This document shows, piece after piece, positions 37,453 through 47,110 of a stretch of DNA of 64,000 nt. The notes under the pieces are model-generated. The model saw only the letters and a list, made by a program, of their open reading frames with translations. It ran no database searches and was not told the origin of the DNA. The DNA lies in NCBI GenBank assembly GCA_018819405.1, contig JAHJQF010000001.1, positions 577,377 to 641,376 of the forward strand. Direction: 5' to 3'. Each line of letters opens with the position of its first letter. Within the stretch, counting starts at the first letter, position 1. Origin of the DNA: Patescibacteria group bacterium (GTDB lineage Bacteria; Patescibacteriota; Patescibacteriia; UBA1558; GWA2-36-10). Both the position numbers and the translations under genes were made by a program.

Positions 37453-37481
37453 AGTATATGGTATTTTGGCTGTTTTGTCAA
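37453..37481 (-). promoter_or_regulatory. sigma70 promoter for tRNA-Lys
   Basis: Minus strand TTGACA-N17-TATACT. Confidence 0.75.
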
Positions 37482-37484
37482 TAT

Positions 37485-39296
37485 CTACATTTGCTCAGGT
37501 GCTTCAATTCCCAATAACTTTAGGCCTTTAGCCAAGGTCTCTTGGGTTAATAGAGAAATATTTAGCCTAATTTGTTTAGTATTATCATCTTCGGCATTTA
37601 AGACAGAGTGATGCTGATAAAAATTATTATAACTTTTGGCTAATTCAAAAAGATATTGATTGATCAGACTGGGATTATATTCTTTGGCACTTTTTAAAGT
37701 GATATGAGGAAATTGTAAGATAGTTTTGACCAGTTTTTTTTCTTCAGTATTAAAATGACTGGTTTCGAGGTTCTTTATTTTTTTTATTTGTCCGGATTTT
37801 TTTAGAATACTAGAAATTCTAGCATGGGTGTATTGTATAAAAGTACCAGTGTAACCGTCAAAAGAAATAGATTCACTTGGTTTAAATACTATATTCTTTT
37901 GCGGATTGGCAGAAAGCATAAAAAATTTGAGTGCTCCCAAGCCTACAATTTTAGCAATATTTTGTTTTTGATCATCGCTGGTTTCAACTTTTTTTTCAGC
38001 TTTGTTCATTACTTCTTTAGCAACATCAGTCATAGTAGCCATCAAATCATCAGCATCAGCTGTCTTGCCTTCGCGGGATTTTATTTTGCCGCCAGGTAGA
38101 GATACCATGCCATAGGAAAGATGATAAAGATTATCAGCCCATTTATAACCCAATTTTTCCAAGGTCAAAAATAATATCTTAAAATGGTAGTCTTGCTCAT
38201 TGGCAACTACATAAATACCCTGGTCAAATTTGAATTTTTTATATCTTTTGACGGCTGTACCCAAATCTTGAGTTAAATATACAGAAGTACCGTCAGCTCT
38301 TAGGAGGATTTTTTCGTCCAGTCCTTTTTTGGTCAAATCAATCCAAACAGAACCGTCATCTTTTTTGTAAAAGGTATTTTTCTTTAGGCCCTCTCCAACA
38401 ATTTGTTTGCCCAAAAGATAAGTATCACTTTCAAAATCCAGATGGTCAAACTCTACACCTAGATTTTTGTAGGTTTCTTCATAGCCAATATAAACCCAAT
38501 CATTCATCATTTTCCACAAGCGTCTGACATCTGGGTCATTGTTTTCCCAAGCAATCAGCATAGCATGAGCTTTTTTCATCCACTGGGAATGATTCAAAAA
38601 TTCTTCTTCAGCTTTTTTTCTCTCTAGATTTGGTAGTTTAGCCAAATCAATATTTTTTTTCTTAAAATATTTGTCTTGTTCTTCTTTTAAAACTTGGCCG
38701 AATTTTACATAATATTTTCCCACTAGGTGGTCGCCTTTCATATTGCTCGTTTCAGGTGTTTCACCATCTGCAAATTCTTGCCAGGCCAACATGCTTTTTA
38801 CTATATGTATACCTCGGTCATTTATAATATTTACAGCAATAGTTTTGTAGCCATTAGCTTTGAATATACTTATTAGGCTTTGGCCAATACAGGCATTTCT
38901 GACATGTCCGACATGTTGAGGCTTGTTGGTGTTTGGTCCAGAAAATTCTATCAGTACTTTTTGGCCTTTTCCGATTTTGTTTTGCCCAAATTTTTTATTG
39001 TCAGCTATTTCTTCCAGTGATTTTTTGACAAAATGTCGGTTTACAAAAATATTGAGATACGGACCAATGTTTTTTATTTCTTTTATTAATTCATTTTTAA
39101 CAAATGATTTGGCTAGTTGACTAGCTATGTCATTTGGTTTTTTTTTGCTTTTAGTGGCCAGCTCAAAACAAGCAAAGGCATAATCACCTAGTTTGTCTTC
39201 GGGCGGTAAATCCAAATCAAAATCATCCAATTCTATAGATAATATTGACCGGACATTTTCTTTTATATTTTCTTTTATCTGTTCTAAGGCAGTCAT
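37485..39296 (-). CDS. argS: Arginine--tRNA ligase
   Basis: EFSGPNTNKPQHVGHVRN, YLTQDL, YIQY-like FIQYTHARI, GIEAPEQM. Confidence 0.97.
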   Translation of the reverse strand: MTALEQIKENIKENVRSILSIELDDFDLDLPPEDKLGDYAFACFELATKSKKKPNDIASQLAKSFVKNELIKEIKNIGPYLNIFVNRHFVKKSLEEIADNKKFGQNKIGKGQKVLIEFSGPNTNKPQHVGHVRNACIGQSLISIFKANGYKTIAVNIINDRGIHIVKSMLAWQEFADGETPETSNMKGDHLVGKYYVKFGQVLKEEQDKYFKKKNIDLAKLPNLERKKAEEEFLNHSQWMKKAHAMLIAWENNDPDVRRLWKMMNDWVYIGYEETYKNLGVEFDHLDFESDTYLLGKQIVGEGLKKNTFYKKDDGSVWIDLTKKGLDEKILLRADGTSVYLTQDLGTAVKRYKKFKFDQGIYVVANEQDYHFKILFLTLEKLGYKWADNLYHLSYGMVSLPGGKIKSREGKTADADDLMATMTDVAKEVMNKAEKKVETSDDQKQNIAKIVGLGALKFFMLSANPQKNIVFKPSESISFDGYTGTFIQYTHARISSILKKSGQIKKIKNLETSHFNTEEKKLVKTILQFPHITLKSAKEYNPSLINQYLFELAKSYNNFYQHHSVLNAEDDNTKQIRLNISLLTQETLAKGLKLLGIEAPEQM

Positions 39297-39300
39297 ATGT

Positions 39301-39442
39301 TTACCCTGTTAAATAATATTTAAGCATACTTAAATATTAAATTCAAATTTCTTCTTATTTTGTTTATTAGTTTTTTAGCTTATTATATTCTTCTATTATT
39401 TGAATTTATTATATCAAAACTTGAATTTATTTAACAGGGTAA
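39301..39442. mobile_element. MITE-like element with 16-bp perfect terminal inverted repeats
   Basis: TTACCCTGTTAAATAA ... TTATTTAACAGGGTAA around an AT-rich core. Confidence 0.75.
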
Positions 39443-39505
39443 TTTCAATAAAATTCAAGCGTGGTCATATTTATTATTTGTCTATATTTATGTTATAATA
39501 TAGGC

Positions 39506-42178
39506 ATGTCTGAAAAAGAAATAGCTTGGCATAGTTTGAGTTCAGCCCAAGTTTTGAAAAATCTAGACTCTAGTGAAAAGGGCTTGAGTTCCCAAGAAGC
39601 AAAAAAACGTCTAACAAAATATGGTTTTAATTTATTGGCAAAATCCAAGCATTTTTCTGCTGGGGCTTTATTTTTCTCACAATTTAAAAGTGCTTTAGTT
39701 TATGTTTTGATAATAGCGGGATTTATTTCTTTGTTTTTTGGTGAATATATAGATTCGTATGTTATTTTTTTGGCGGTTATCATAAATGTTATTGTTGGTT
39801 TTATTCAAGAATTCAAAGCCAATAAATCATTGGAAAAATTAAATGAAGTGGTCAAGCAAGAAACAATAGTTTTTAGAGATGGGCAGGAGCTAAAAATAGA
39901 ATCTCATAATATTGTAGTGGGGGATATTATAATTCTTGAATCAGGTAACCGTGTGCCAGCTGATGCACGTTTGATTTTAGCAAATGATTTGGAGGTAGAT
40001 GAGGCTACTCTTACCGGAGAATCTTGGCCGGTGAAAAAAAAATTGAACTCTATTGATATAGGTACTGTATTGGCCGAGAGGACAAATATGGTTTTTATGG
40101 GGACCTTGGTCGTTGAAGGTAGGGCTAAGGCAGTGGTAGTAAATACTGGTTTTACTACTGAAATGGGCAAGATTACTGTGTTGTTGAAAGAAACAGAGGA
40201 TGAAAAAACACCTTTACAGGAAAGATTAGACAATTTTGCCAGAAGTATTACCAAAATAATAGTTGTTATTGCTATTTTTTTGTTTATTTTTGGGATATTA
40301 AAAGGTCAGGAATGGTCTCATATGTTTACATTGGCGGTAGCCGTGGCCGTATCGGCAATTCCAGAAGGATTGATAATAGGTATGACTATGATTCTAACTG
40401 TAGGTATGCAGAGAATCCTAAAACACAATGGTTTGGTCAGGCGTCTGATTTCAGCTGAGACACTGGGATCAACGACTGTGATTTGTACAGATAAAACTGG
40501 CACCCTAACCGAAGGCGAAATGAGAGTGACTAGTATAATTACCAGCAGCCACCGTTTTGATTTGTCTACCGGCTCATTAAAAGATATTCTCTCAAAAACT
40601 GAAATTGATATTTTGGAAAAAATTTCTTTTTTGTGTAATGATAGCTCAATACAAAATATAGATCAGGCAGCTGACGATTGGTCTATTATTGGCAGTCCAA
40701 CTGAAAAAGCGTTAATTATATTTAGTGCAAACAATAGTAATGTCAGAAATTTGAGCAAAGAGCATCCGCGAGTTCAAGAAATACCTTTTGATTCTGGTAG
40801 AAAGTTTATGATTACCCGTCATCATTTTGATACTAAGCGTGATATCATATTTATCAAAGGAGCACCGGAAAAGATATTGTCTTTTTCAGATTTTTATCAA
40901 AATGATAAAAAAGTTACCAAAATTTCAAGTTCGCTAAAGAAGCGTTTTGATGAAGATTGGCAGAATTTGAGCAAAGAGGGGCTTAGGGTTTTGGCTGGAG
41001 CATATAGATTGGTACCTAAGGATTTTAAAGATTTTGAAAAATGTAAAGATAATCCTAATAATTTTATTTTTGTAGGTATTTGGGGTCTGTCTGATCCACT
41101 GAGGCCCGAGGCCAAAGAAACTTTACAAAAAACTTTGGCGGCTGGTATTAATACGGTGATAATTACTGGTGACAACAAATTTACAGCCAAAAGTATTGCC
41201 AAGGAACTCGGATTACCAGTCAGCGATAATAGTATTGTCACAGGTGACGAGCTACTTCAAATGACGGATGGAGAATTAAGCAAAAGAATTAGAGATATCA
41301 AACTTTATGCTAGGGTCACTCCAGCTGATAAATTGAGGATTATCAAAGCCTGGCAGAGTAAAGGTGAGGTAGTTTCTATGACTGGCGACGGAGTCAACGA
41401 TGCGCCAGCTCTTAAGGCAGCTGATACAGGTGTGGCTGTATCAAGCGGTTCTGATATAGCCAAAGAAACCGCGGATTTAGTGCTTTTGGATAATAATTTT
41501 TCCACCATAGTAATGGCAGTCAAACAGGGTAGAGTTATTTTTTCAAATCTCAAAAAACTTATATTATATCTTTTGTCAGATGCATTTTCAGAGGTTATAT
41601 TAATTACCGGTAGTTTTATATTGGGTATGCCTTTGCCTATTTTGGCTGCTCAGATATTGTGGGTAAACTTGGTTGACGATGGTTTTCCAGCTCTGGCTTT
41701 AACCATGGAGCCGGAAGAAGAGGAAATCATGAACAAAAAACCGGATAGAGGCAGCTCTTTATTAGATTTTGAAAGCAAATTTATTATTATGATGATCAGT
41801 TTTTTGACTGGTAGTGCTAGCTTGTTGATATTTTGGTTTATTTCTCAAAATACACATGATGAGGATTTAGCTAGGACAGTTACTTTTACTTTTTTGGCAA
41901 TTAGTACTTTGTGCTATGTATTTTCTATTAAGAGCCTGGAAAATAATATTTTTAGGTCTCATCCTTTTAATAATAAATATTTAAATGGAGCTGTTTTCAT
42001 AGGACTGATTACTCAATTGGCAGCTGTTTATCTTCCTTTTTTTAATAAGTTTTTAAGGACAAAACCAATAGGCTTTTATGAGTGGCAGGTTATTATTTTA
42101 TCTATCTTATTTTTGATAGTTTTAATAGAAATATCAAAGTTCATATTTATCAAATATAATAGAAAGTTTTCAAAATAA
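39506..42178 (+). CDS. Cation-transporting P-type ATPase (type IIA, Ca2+-like)
   Basis: TGES, IPEGL, DKTGTLT, KGAPE, TGD, TGDGVNDAPAL, QILWVNL; ATG at 39506. Confidence 0.93.
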   Translation: MSEKEIAWHSLSSAQVLKNLDSSEKGLSSQEAKKRLTKYGFNLLAKSKHFSAGALFFSQFKSALVYVLIIAGFISLFFGEYIDSYVIFLAVIINVIVGFIQEFKANKSLEKLNEVVKQETIVFRDGQELKIESHNIVVGDIIILESGNRVPADARLILANDLEVDEATLTGESWPVKKKLNSIDIGTVLAERTNMVFMGTLVVEGRAKAVVVNTGFTTEMGKITVLLKETEDEKTPLQERLDNFARSITKIIVVIAIFLFIFGILKGQEWSHMFTLAVAVAVSAIPEGLIIGMTMILTVGMQRILKHNGLVRRLISAETLGSTTVICTDKTGTLTEGEMRVTSIITSSHRFDLSTGSLKDILSKTEIDILEKISFLCNDSSIQNIDQAADDWSIIGSPTEKALIIFSANNSNVRNLSKEHPRVQEIPFDSGRKFMITRHHFDTKRDIIFIKGAPEKILSFSDFYQNDKKVTKISSSLKKRFDEDWQNLSKEGLRVLAGAYRLVPKDFKDFEKCKDNPNNFIFVGIWGLSDPLRPEAKETLQKTLAAGINTVIITGDNKFTAKSIAKELGLPVSDNSIVTGDELLQMTDGELSKRIRDIKLYARVTPADKLRIIKAWQSKGEVVSMTGDGVNDAPALKAADTGVAVSSGSDIAKETADLVLLDNNFSTIVMAVKQGRVIFSNLKKLILYLLSDAFSEVILITGSFILGMPLPILAAQILWVNLVDDGFPALALTMEPEEEEIMNKKPDRGSSLLDFESKFIIMMISFLTGSASLLIFWFISQNTHDEDLARTVTFTFLAISTLCYVFSIKSLENNIFRSHPFNNKYLNGAVFIGLITQLAAVYLPFFNKFLRTKPIGFYEWQVIILSILFLIVLIEISKFIFIKYNRKFSK

Positions 42179-42296
42179 CTTAATTTATTGACAAATATAT
42201 ATATTTATGTTAAACATATATGTTTTTTAGTTTCCGGAATTATGAGGATAATTCACGGAGGAAGCAAGTAGTACACTGAACAAAGGAGTTGTTGCA

Positions 42297-43118
42297 ATGG
42301 CTCAAGATAAGCGGATCAATGCTCACCTGAGTAAGTTGTCTCTGGATGAGCAGGAAGCTTGTTCTCTGGTTGGCGGCTACGGTAGTCGTCATTTATCACC
42401 GACTTTTGTCTACGATTTTCGTCTCTTGCCGGAGGTCGTGATCTACTCCGGACCAAGTCGCTGTTGCCTGCGACGCATGATCAGGCAAGCCGAGAAGACT
42501 GGTAGCCGCAAGGCCTTGATCATGGATTTGGCTGATCGCACCAGGGTCAGCAAGCGATCTGTCCGTCGTTGGTTTAGCCTGAAGGCCGAACCCGGGCTCT
42601 TCCACTGGCTGGCTCTGCAGTACTTCATGTATTTCAAAGGATATGTGTCCCACGAAATCAGCATGCTGCCGGACTACGCCCGTAGTCTGATTGAGTCTGT
42701 TATCCAGGACAAGATCAGTCTCGGACAGGTGGCTCAGCGCATGGGCTGCAATCTGAATGATCTTGGAGAGCTTTTCCGAGGAGAGCGTCGGCTCACCTCC
42801 AAGGATAGACTCAAGATGTTGATGCTGGTCAGATATTTGAGTGATCAGCAGCACAATGAGGCTGTCCTGGCGGTGGCGGAGCTGGATCTCAACGAGGAGG
42901 GCGATACTCAGCTGACTGATGAAGGCATTAGTCAGGTTGCGCGCTATCTGCCTACTTTCGGACAAAATCATCGTCAGATTTTGGCCGGGGACAAGGCCAG
43001 CGACAGCACCAAGACTGATGGCGAATCGGCCGTCAAACGCAAGAAGAACACCAAGCGCAAGATTCGTCGCAACCGCGCGGCCAAGCGCAAGGAAAAGGAG
43101 AACGACAAGGACTCCTGA
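42297..43118 (+). CDS. GC-rich ORFan with two HTH-like segments and a basic tail
   Basis: SD AAAGGAG; DLADRTRVSKRSVRRWF and QVAQRMGCNLNDLGELFRG; K/R-rich C-terminus. Confidence 0.65.
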   Translation: MAQDKRINAHLSKLSLDEQEACSLVGGYGSRHLSPTFVYDFRLLPEVVIYSGPSRCCLRRMIRQAEKTGSRKALIMDLADRTRVSKRSVRRWFSLKAEPGLFHWLALQYFMYFKGYVSHEISMLPDYARSLIESVIQDKISLGQVAQRMGCNLNDLGELFRGERRLTSKDRLKMLMLVRYLSDQQHNEAVLAVAELDLNEEGDTQLTDEGISQVARYLPTFGQNHRQILAGDKASDSTKTDGESAVKRKKNTKRKIRRNRAAKRKEKENDKDS

Positions 43119-43125
43119 TGACAAG

Positions 43126-43169
43126 TCCCCGTCGGAAGTGCCAAACACTTCCGACGGGGATATTTTTTT
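43126..43169 (+). terminator. Intrinsic terminator
   Basis: 15-bp stem TCCCCGTCGGAAGTG/CACTTCCGACGGGGA + T-tract. Confidence 0.9.
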
Positions 43170-43237
43170 ATTCTGATTTGACAGATTGGCTAATATTTGG
43201 TTAAATATAATTAATACTAATAAATTTAAAAGAATTT

Positions 43238-43288
43238 ATGTTTGGAAAAGTCTTAAATAATGTAAATAACGCTAACCGATTGTTGTGA
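43238..43288 (+). CDS. Asn-rich leader peptide MFGKVLNNVNNANRLL
   Basis: 16 codons with 5 Asn in a 7-codon run; follows TTGACA at 43178 and an A/T-rich start context; precedes tRNA-Asn. Confidence 0.75.
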   Translation: MFGKVLNNVNNANRLL

Positions 43289-43362
43289 CCGGGGACTTTT
43301 TATATATTGATTTAAAAAAGAAAATATCTCAAAGTTGTCGGTCACAGAAGGCCGATTTTTTT
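43284..43362 (+). promoter_or_regulatory. Putative transcription attenuator (antiterminator/terminator)
   Basis: TGTGACCGGGGACTTT (43284-99) pairs with AAAGTTGTCGGTCACA (43331-46); competing terminator TCGGTC-ACAGAA-GGCCGA-T7 (43338-62). Confidence 0.7.
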
Positions 43363-43369
43363 ATCGCTT

Positions 43370-43445
43370 TCCGGGGTAGTTGAGTTGGTACAACGCCACG
43401 CTGTTAACGTGGATATCGCAGGTTCGAGTCCTGCCCCCGGAGCCA
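43370..43445 (+). tRNA. tRNA-Asn (GTT)
   Basis: TCCGGGG/CCCCGGA acceptor, CCACG-CTGTTAA-CGTGG anticodon arm, G73 discriminator, CCA end. Confidence 0.93.
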
Positions 43446-43487
43446 CCGAGCTCAGCTCAATAAAAGTGTGCTATAATTATAAAACTT

Positions 43488-45248
43488 ATGCAGTATTTGA
43501 CAAAACAAACATTTAAAATTTTTTGGGAACACTTGCTAAAGTATAAATGGCAGGTTTTATTCATTTTGTCATCTATTACACTCGCTTCAATTGGCAATAT
43601 TATTGGGCCACTTTTGTATAAAGATTTTTTTGATATTTTGAGTAGTTCAGGAGATAGTATTGATAAAGTACCAATGCTCAAAATCATTCTGATGAAGGTA
43701 CTAGCTGTGTATATGATAAGTTGGTTTTTTTGGAGGGTCTCTACTTTTTTGACCACTTATTTTCAGACTCATGCTATGGCCGATATATCCAATTCTTCTT
43801 TTGCATATTTACACAAACATTCCATTTCTTTTTTTAATAATAGTTTTGTAGGATCGCTCGTCAAAAAAGTAAATAGATTTTCTAGGGCTTTTGAGGTTAT
43901 CACTGATTTAATATTTTGGGATTTTTTGCCAATTTTGGTAAATATATCTTTGATTATTATAGTGCTGGGCAAAAGAAATATATGGTTAGGCCTTGGTATT
44001 TTGACTTGGACTATAATTTATATGTTGATTAATTATTATTTTTCTTTATATAAATTAAAATACGATGTAGAAAGGGCTAGTCTCAACTCCAAGGTTACTG
44101 GAGTATTGGCCGATACTATTAGCAATCATCTTAATGTCAGATTGTTTAGTGCTTATAGTAGAGAAAGAAAGCGCTTCAAAGATGTAAATAGTGAGTATCA
44201 AAAAATGCATCAATTTACTTGGAATTTGGCCAATTATTTTGAAGCTTTCCAAACATTACTGATGACTGCTTTGGAAATTGGTGTGATGTATTATGCTATT
44301 TCTCTGTGGCAAAAAAATATTATTAGTATTGGAGATTTTGTTTTAATTCAGACTTATTTAATCAGTATAATAATGAGGCTCTGGAATTTTGGCCGTATTA
44401 TTAGAAAATATTATGAAGCTATGGCTGAGGCAGAAGAGATGACTGAAATATTGGAAACTCCACACGAAATTCAAGACATTAAGAGTGCCAAAACACTCAA
44501 AGTAAGTGGTGGTCAAATACAATTTCAAGAAGTAGATTTTTCTTACCACAAAACTCGGGAGATTATTTCTGATTTTAATCTAGATATTAAGCCTAAAGAA
44601 AAAATAGCCTTAATTGGTCCATCGGGCAGTGGCAAATCCACTTTAGTAAATTTGTTGCTGAGAAATTATGATATTGATAGGGGTGGTATTTTGATTGATA
44701 AGCAAAAGATTATCGGTGTCACACAAGAGTCTTTGTGGCAAAATATAGCTTTGGTCAATCAAGATCCGGTGTTGTTTCATAGGACACTCAAAGAAAATAT
44801 ACGTTACGGAAAACCAAATGCTAGTGATAAGGAAATTAAAAAAGCTGCTAAGTTGGCCCACGCTAATGTTTTTATTGATAATTTTACTGAAAAATATGAA
44901 ACATATGTAGGCGAGCGTGGGGTCAAACTTTCGGGTGGTGAAAGACAGCGTGTAGCTATTGCCAGAGCTATTCTCAAAAACGCGCCGATATTGGTACTTG
45001 ATGAGGCTACTTCATCTTTAGACTCTGAATCCGAAGAAATGATTCAAGACGCACTGGCTAATTTGATGAAAGATAAAACAGTAATGGTCATTGCTCATCG
45101 TTTGTCTACTATTATGAAGATGGATAGGATAGTTGTCCTTGATAAAGGTAAGATTGTAGAACAAGGTACTCATCAGGAGTTGATCAATAAAAAAGGCGGT
45201 TTGTATAAAAAACTTTGGGAAAAGCAAGTGGGCGGTTTTATTGCATAA
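43488..45248 (+). CDS. ABC exporter, fused permease/ATPase (MsbA/Atm1-like)
   Basis: 6-TM domain; GPSGSGKST, LSGGERQR, LVLDEATS, IAHRLST. Confidence 0.95.
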   Translation: MQYLTKQTFKIFWEHLLKYKWQVLFILSSITLASIGNIIGPLLYKDFFDILSSSGDSIDKVPMLKIILMKVLAVYMISWFFWRVSTFLTTYFQTHAMADISNSSFAYLHKHSISFFNNSFVGSLVKKVNRFSRAFEVITDLIFWDFLPILVNISLIIIVLGKRNIWLGLGILTWTIIYMLINYYFSLYKLKYDVERASLNSKVTGVLADTISNHLNVRLFSAYSRERKRFKDVNSEYQKMHQFTWNLANYFEAFQTLLMTALEIGVMYYAISLWQKNIISIGDFVLIQTYLISIIMRLWNFGRIIRKYYEAMAEAEEMTEILETPHEIQDIKSAKTLKVSGGQIQFQEVDFSYHKTREIISDFNLDIKPKEKIALIGPSGSGKSTLVNLLLRNYDIDRGGILIDKQKIIGVTQESLWQNIALVNQDPVLFHRTLKENIRYGKPNASDKEIKKAAKLAHANVFIDNFTEKYETYVGERGVKLSGGERQRVAIARAILKNAPILVLDEATSSLDSESEEMIQDALANLMKDKTVMVIAHRLSTIMKMDRIVVLDKGKIVEQGTHQELINKKGGLYKKLWEKQVGGFIA

Positions 45249-45367
45249 GATAATATGGCTAATAAATATCAATATTCTACACGAAACATTAAGCTTGTGT
45301 TATAATTTAAATATAATAAATTGCAGGCATCAATGTGCCTTTTTTTATTAAACTTTTAAATAAAATT

Positions 45368-47098
45368 ATGAAACAAGAGACAGCCTTAGAAATTTTGAAA
45401 TCAGGAGCTAATGTTTTTTTGACCGGTTCAGCCGGAACTGGCAAAACTTATCTTTTGAATCAATATATAAATTATCTAAAAGAAAGAGATATAGAATTAG
45501 CTATTACTGCACCGACAGGTATAGCGGCTTCTCATATAGGTGGTATTACTATTCATTCTTTTTTTGGTGTTGGTATTAGAGAAAATATAGATGATTATTT
45601 TTTGGATTCTTTAATGCAAAAAGAATATCTGTTCAATCGTTTCAAAAAATTAAAAGTTCTCATTATTGATGAAATATCAATGGTATCGCCCGAGCTGTTT
45701 AAATCTATGGATAAGATTTTGCGTAATTTCAAAAATTTACACCAAGCTTTTGGGGGAGTTCAATTGGTATTGTCGGGAGATTTTTTTCAATTACCGCCAG
45801 TTAGCAAAAGTACAAGTGATTTGAGGTTTGCTTGGCAGGTAGATGCTTGGCGAGAAGCAGACCTGAAATCTTGCTATCTTACAGAAAAATTCAGACAAAG
45901 TGATGAGACACTGATAAATATTTTAGATGAAATTCGCTCAGGTCAGGTATCTCCAGAGTCTATGGAAGTTTTTAAGACTTCTTACAAAAAAGAATTAAAA
46001 GTAGATTTTAAAGTCACCAAACTTTATACTCACAATAGAGATGTAGATAAAATAAACGAACAAGAATTAGCTTTGTTGCCAGGTCAGCATATATTTTTTC
46101 AGGCTAGAAATAAAGGGGCCAAAAAAGATCTAGAGAAAATTTTTAGCACTTCTTTGGTAAGTGAAGAGTTGGTACTCAAAAAGAAAGCTTTGGTTATTTT
46201 TATTAAGAATAATTATGAAGCTGGTTATATAAATGGCACTTTGGGTCAGGTGATAGATTTTGATAAAAACACTGGCTTACCTGTAGTTAGGATTTTTTCT
46301 GGCCGAAAAATTGTAGTAGAGCATGAAGAATGGAAATTAGAAAATGCCAAAGGAGAAATAAAGGCAATAGCTAGACAGATTCCTTTGCGTTTGGCTTGGG
46401 CTTTGACTATCCACAAATCGCAAGGCATGACCCTAGATGCTGCCGAAATTGATTTGTCGCAGACTTTTGAAACAGGTCAAGGTTATGTAGCTTTATCCAG
46501 AATAAAATCTATTGAAGGTTTGAGACTCATGGGACTCAATGATGTGGCTCTCAAAGTTGATAAAATTATTTTGAGTGTTGATAAAAAAATCAAAGAAGCA
46601 TCAGACTCATACGAAAAAAAATTTGCTGAATTTTCTCAAAAAGATAAAGAAAAAATGTTCAAAGATTTTATTATTAGAAATGAAGGCACTGTGCAGGAAG
46701 ACAAGATAAAAGAAAATAAAAAGAAATTTAAAAGTAAATCACAAAATATAAATACATCAACCAAAGAAAAAACTTTGGAAGTTACCAAAAAATTATTAGC
46801 CAAAAAGAAAAGTATAATAGAAATTTCAAAAGAAAGAGGGATATCTGAAAATACTGTTTTAGATCACATAAAAAAGATTTCCAAATTTTGGCCAGATTTT
46901 GAGCTGGATTATTTGAAGCCCAAAAAGAAAGTTTTGGACAGGATTTTTGAAACAACAAAAAAAATTGAAGCAGAAAATAACAAAGATAATTTATTGGCGG
47001 ATGGCACTGTAAAATTGAGAGTTATTTTTGAAGCTTTGGGCGAAGAAATTCCTTATGAGGATATAAAAATGGCTTTGATATTTTATTATAAAAATTAA
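45368..47098 (+). CDS. PIF1-family SF1B helicase with C-terminal HTH
   Basis: TGSAGTGKT, APTGIAA, IIDEISM, GDFFQLPPV, QIPLRLAWALTIHKSQGMTL, YVALSR. Confidence 0.92.
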   Translation: MKQETALEILKSGANVFLTGSAGTGKTYLLNQYINYLKERDIELAITAPTGIAASHIGGITIHSFFGVGIRENIDDYFLDSLMQKEYLFNRFKKLKVLIIDEISMVSPELFKSMDKILRNFKNLHQAFGGVQLVLSGDFFQLPPVSKSTSDLRFAWQVDAWREADLKSCYLTEKFRQSDETLINILDEIRSGQVSPESMEVFKTSYKKELKVDFKVTKLYTHNRDVDKINEQELALLPGQHIFFQARNKGAKKDLEKIFSTSLVSEELVLKKKALVIFIKNNYEAGYINGTLGQVIDFDKNTGLPVVRIFSGRKIVVEHEEWKLENAKGEIKAIARQIPLRLAWALTIHKSQGMTLDAAEIDLSQTFETGQGYVALSRIKSIEGLRLMGLNDVALKVDKIILSVDKKIKEASDSYEKKFAEFSQKDKEKMFKDFIIRNEGTVQEDKIKENKKKFKSKSQNINTSTKEKTLEVTKKLLAKKKSIIEISKERGISENTVLDHIKKISKFWPDFELDYLKPKKKVLDRIFETTKKIEAENNKDNLLADGTVKLRVIFEALGEEIPYEDIKMALIFYYKN

Positions 47099-47110
47099 TT
47101 AGTTATTTTT

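Noticed and set aside
32442-37480. Cognate leader peptides upstream of tRNA-Val and tRNA-Lys
   Set aside because: Looked for by analogy with tRNA-Asn; no Val- or Lys-rich short ORF with a terminator was found.
42396-43148. 250-aa minus-strand ORF
   Set aside because: Antisense shadow of the GC-rich + strand gene, which has the SD, promoter and terminator.
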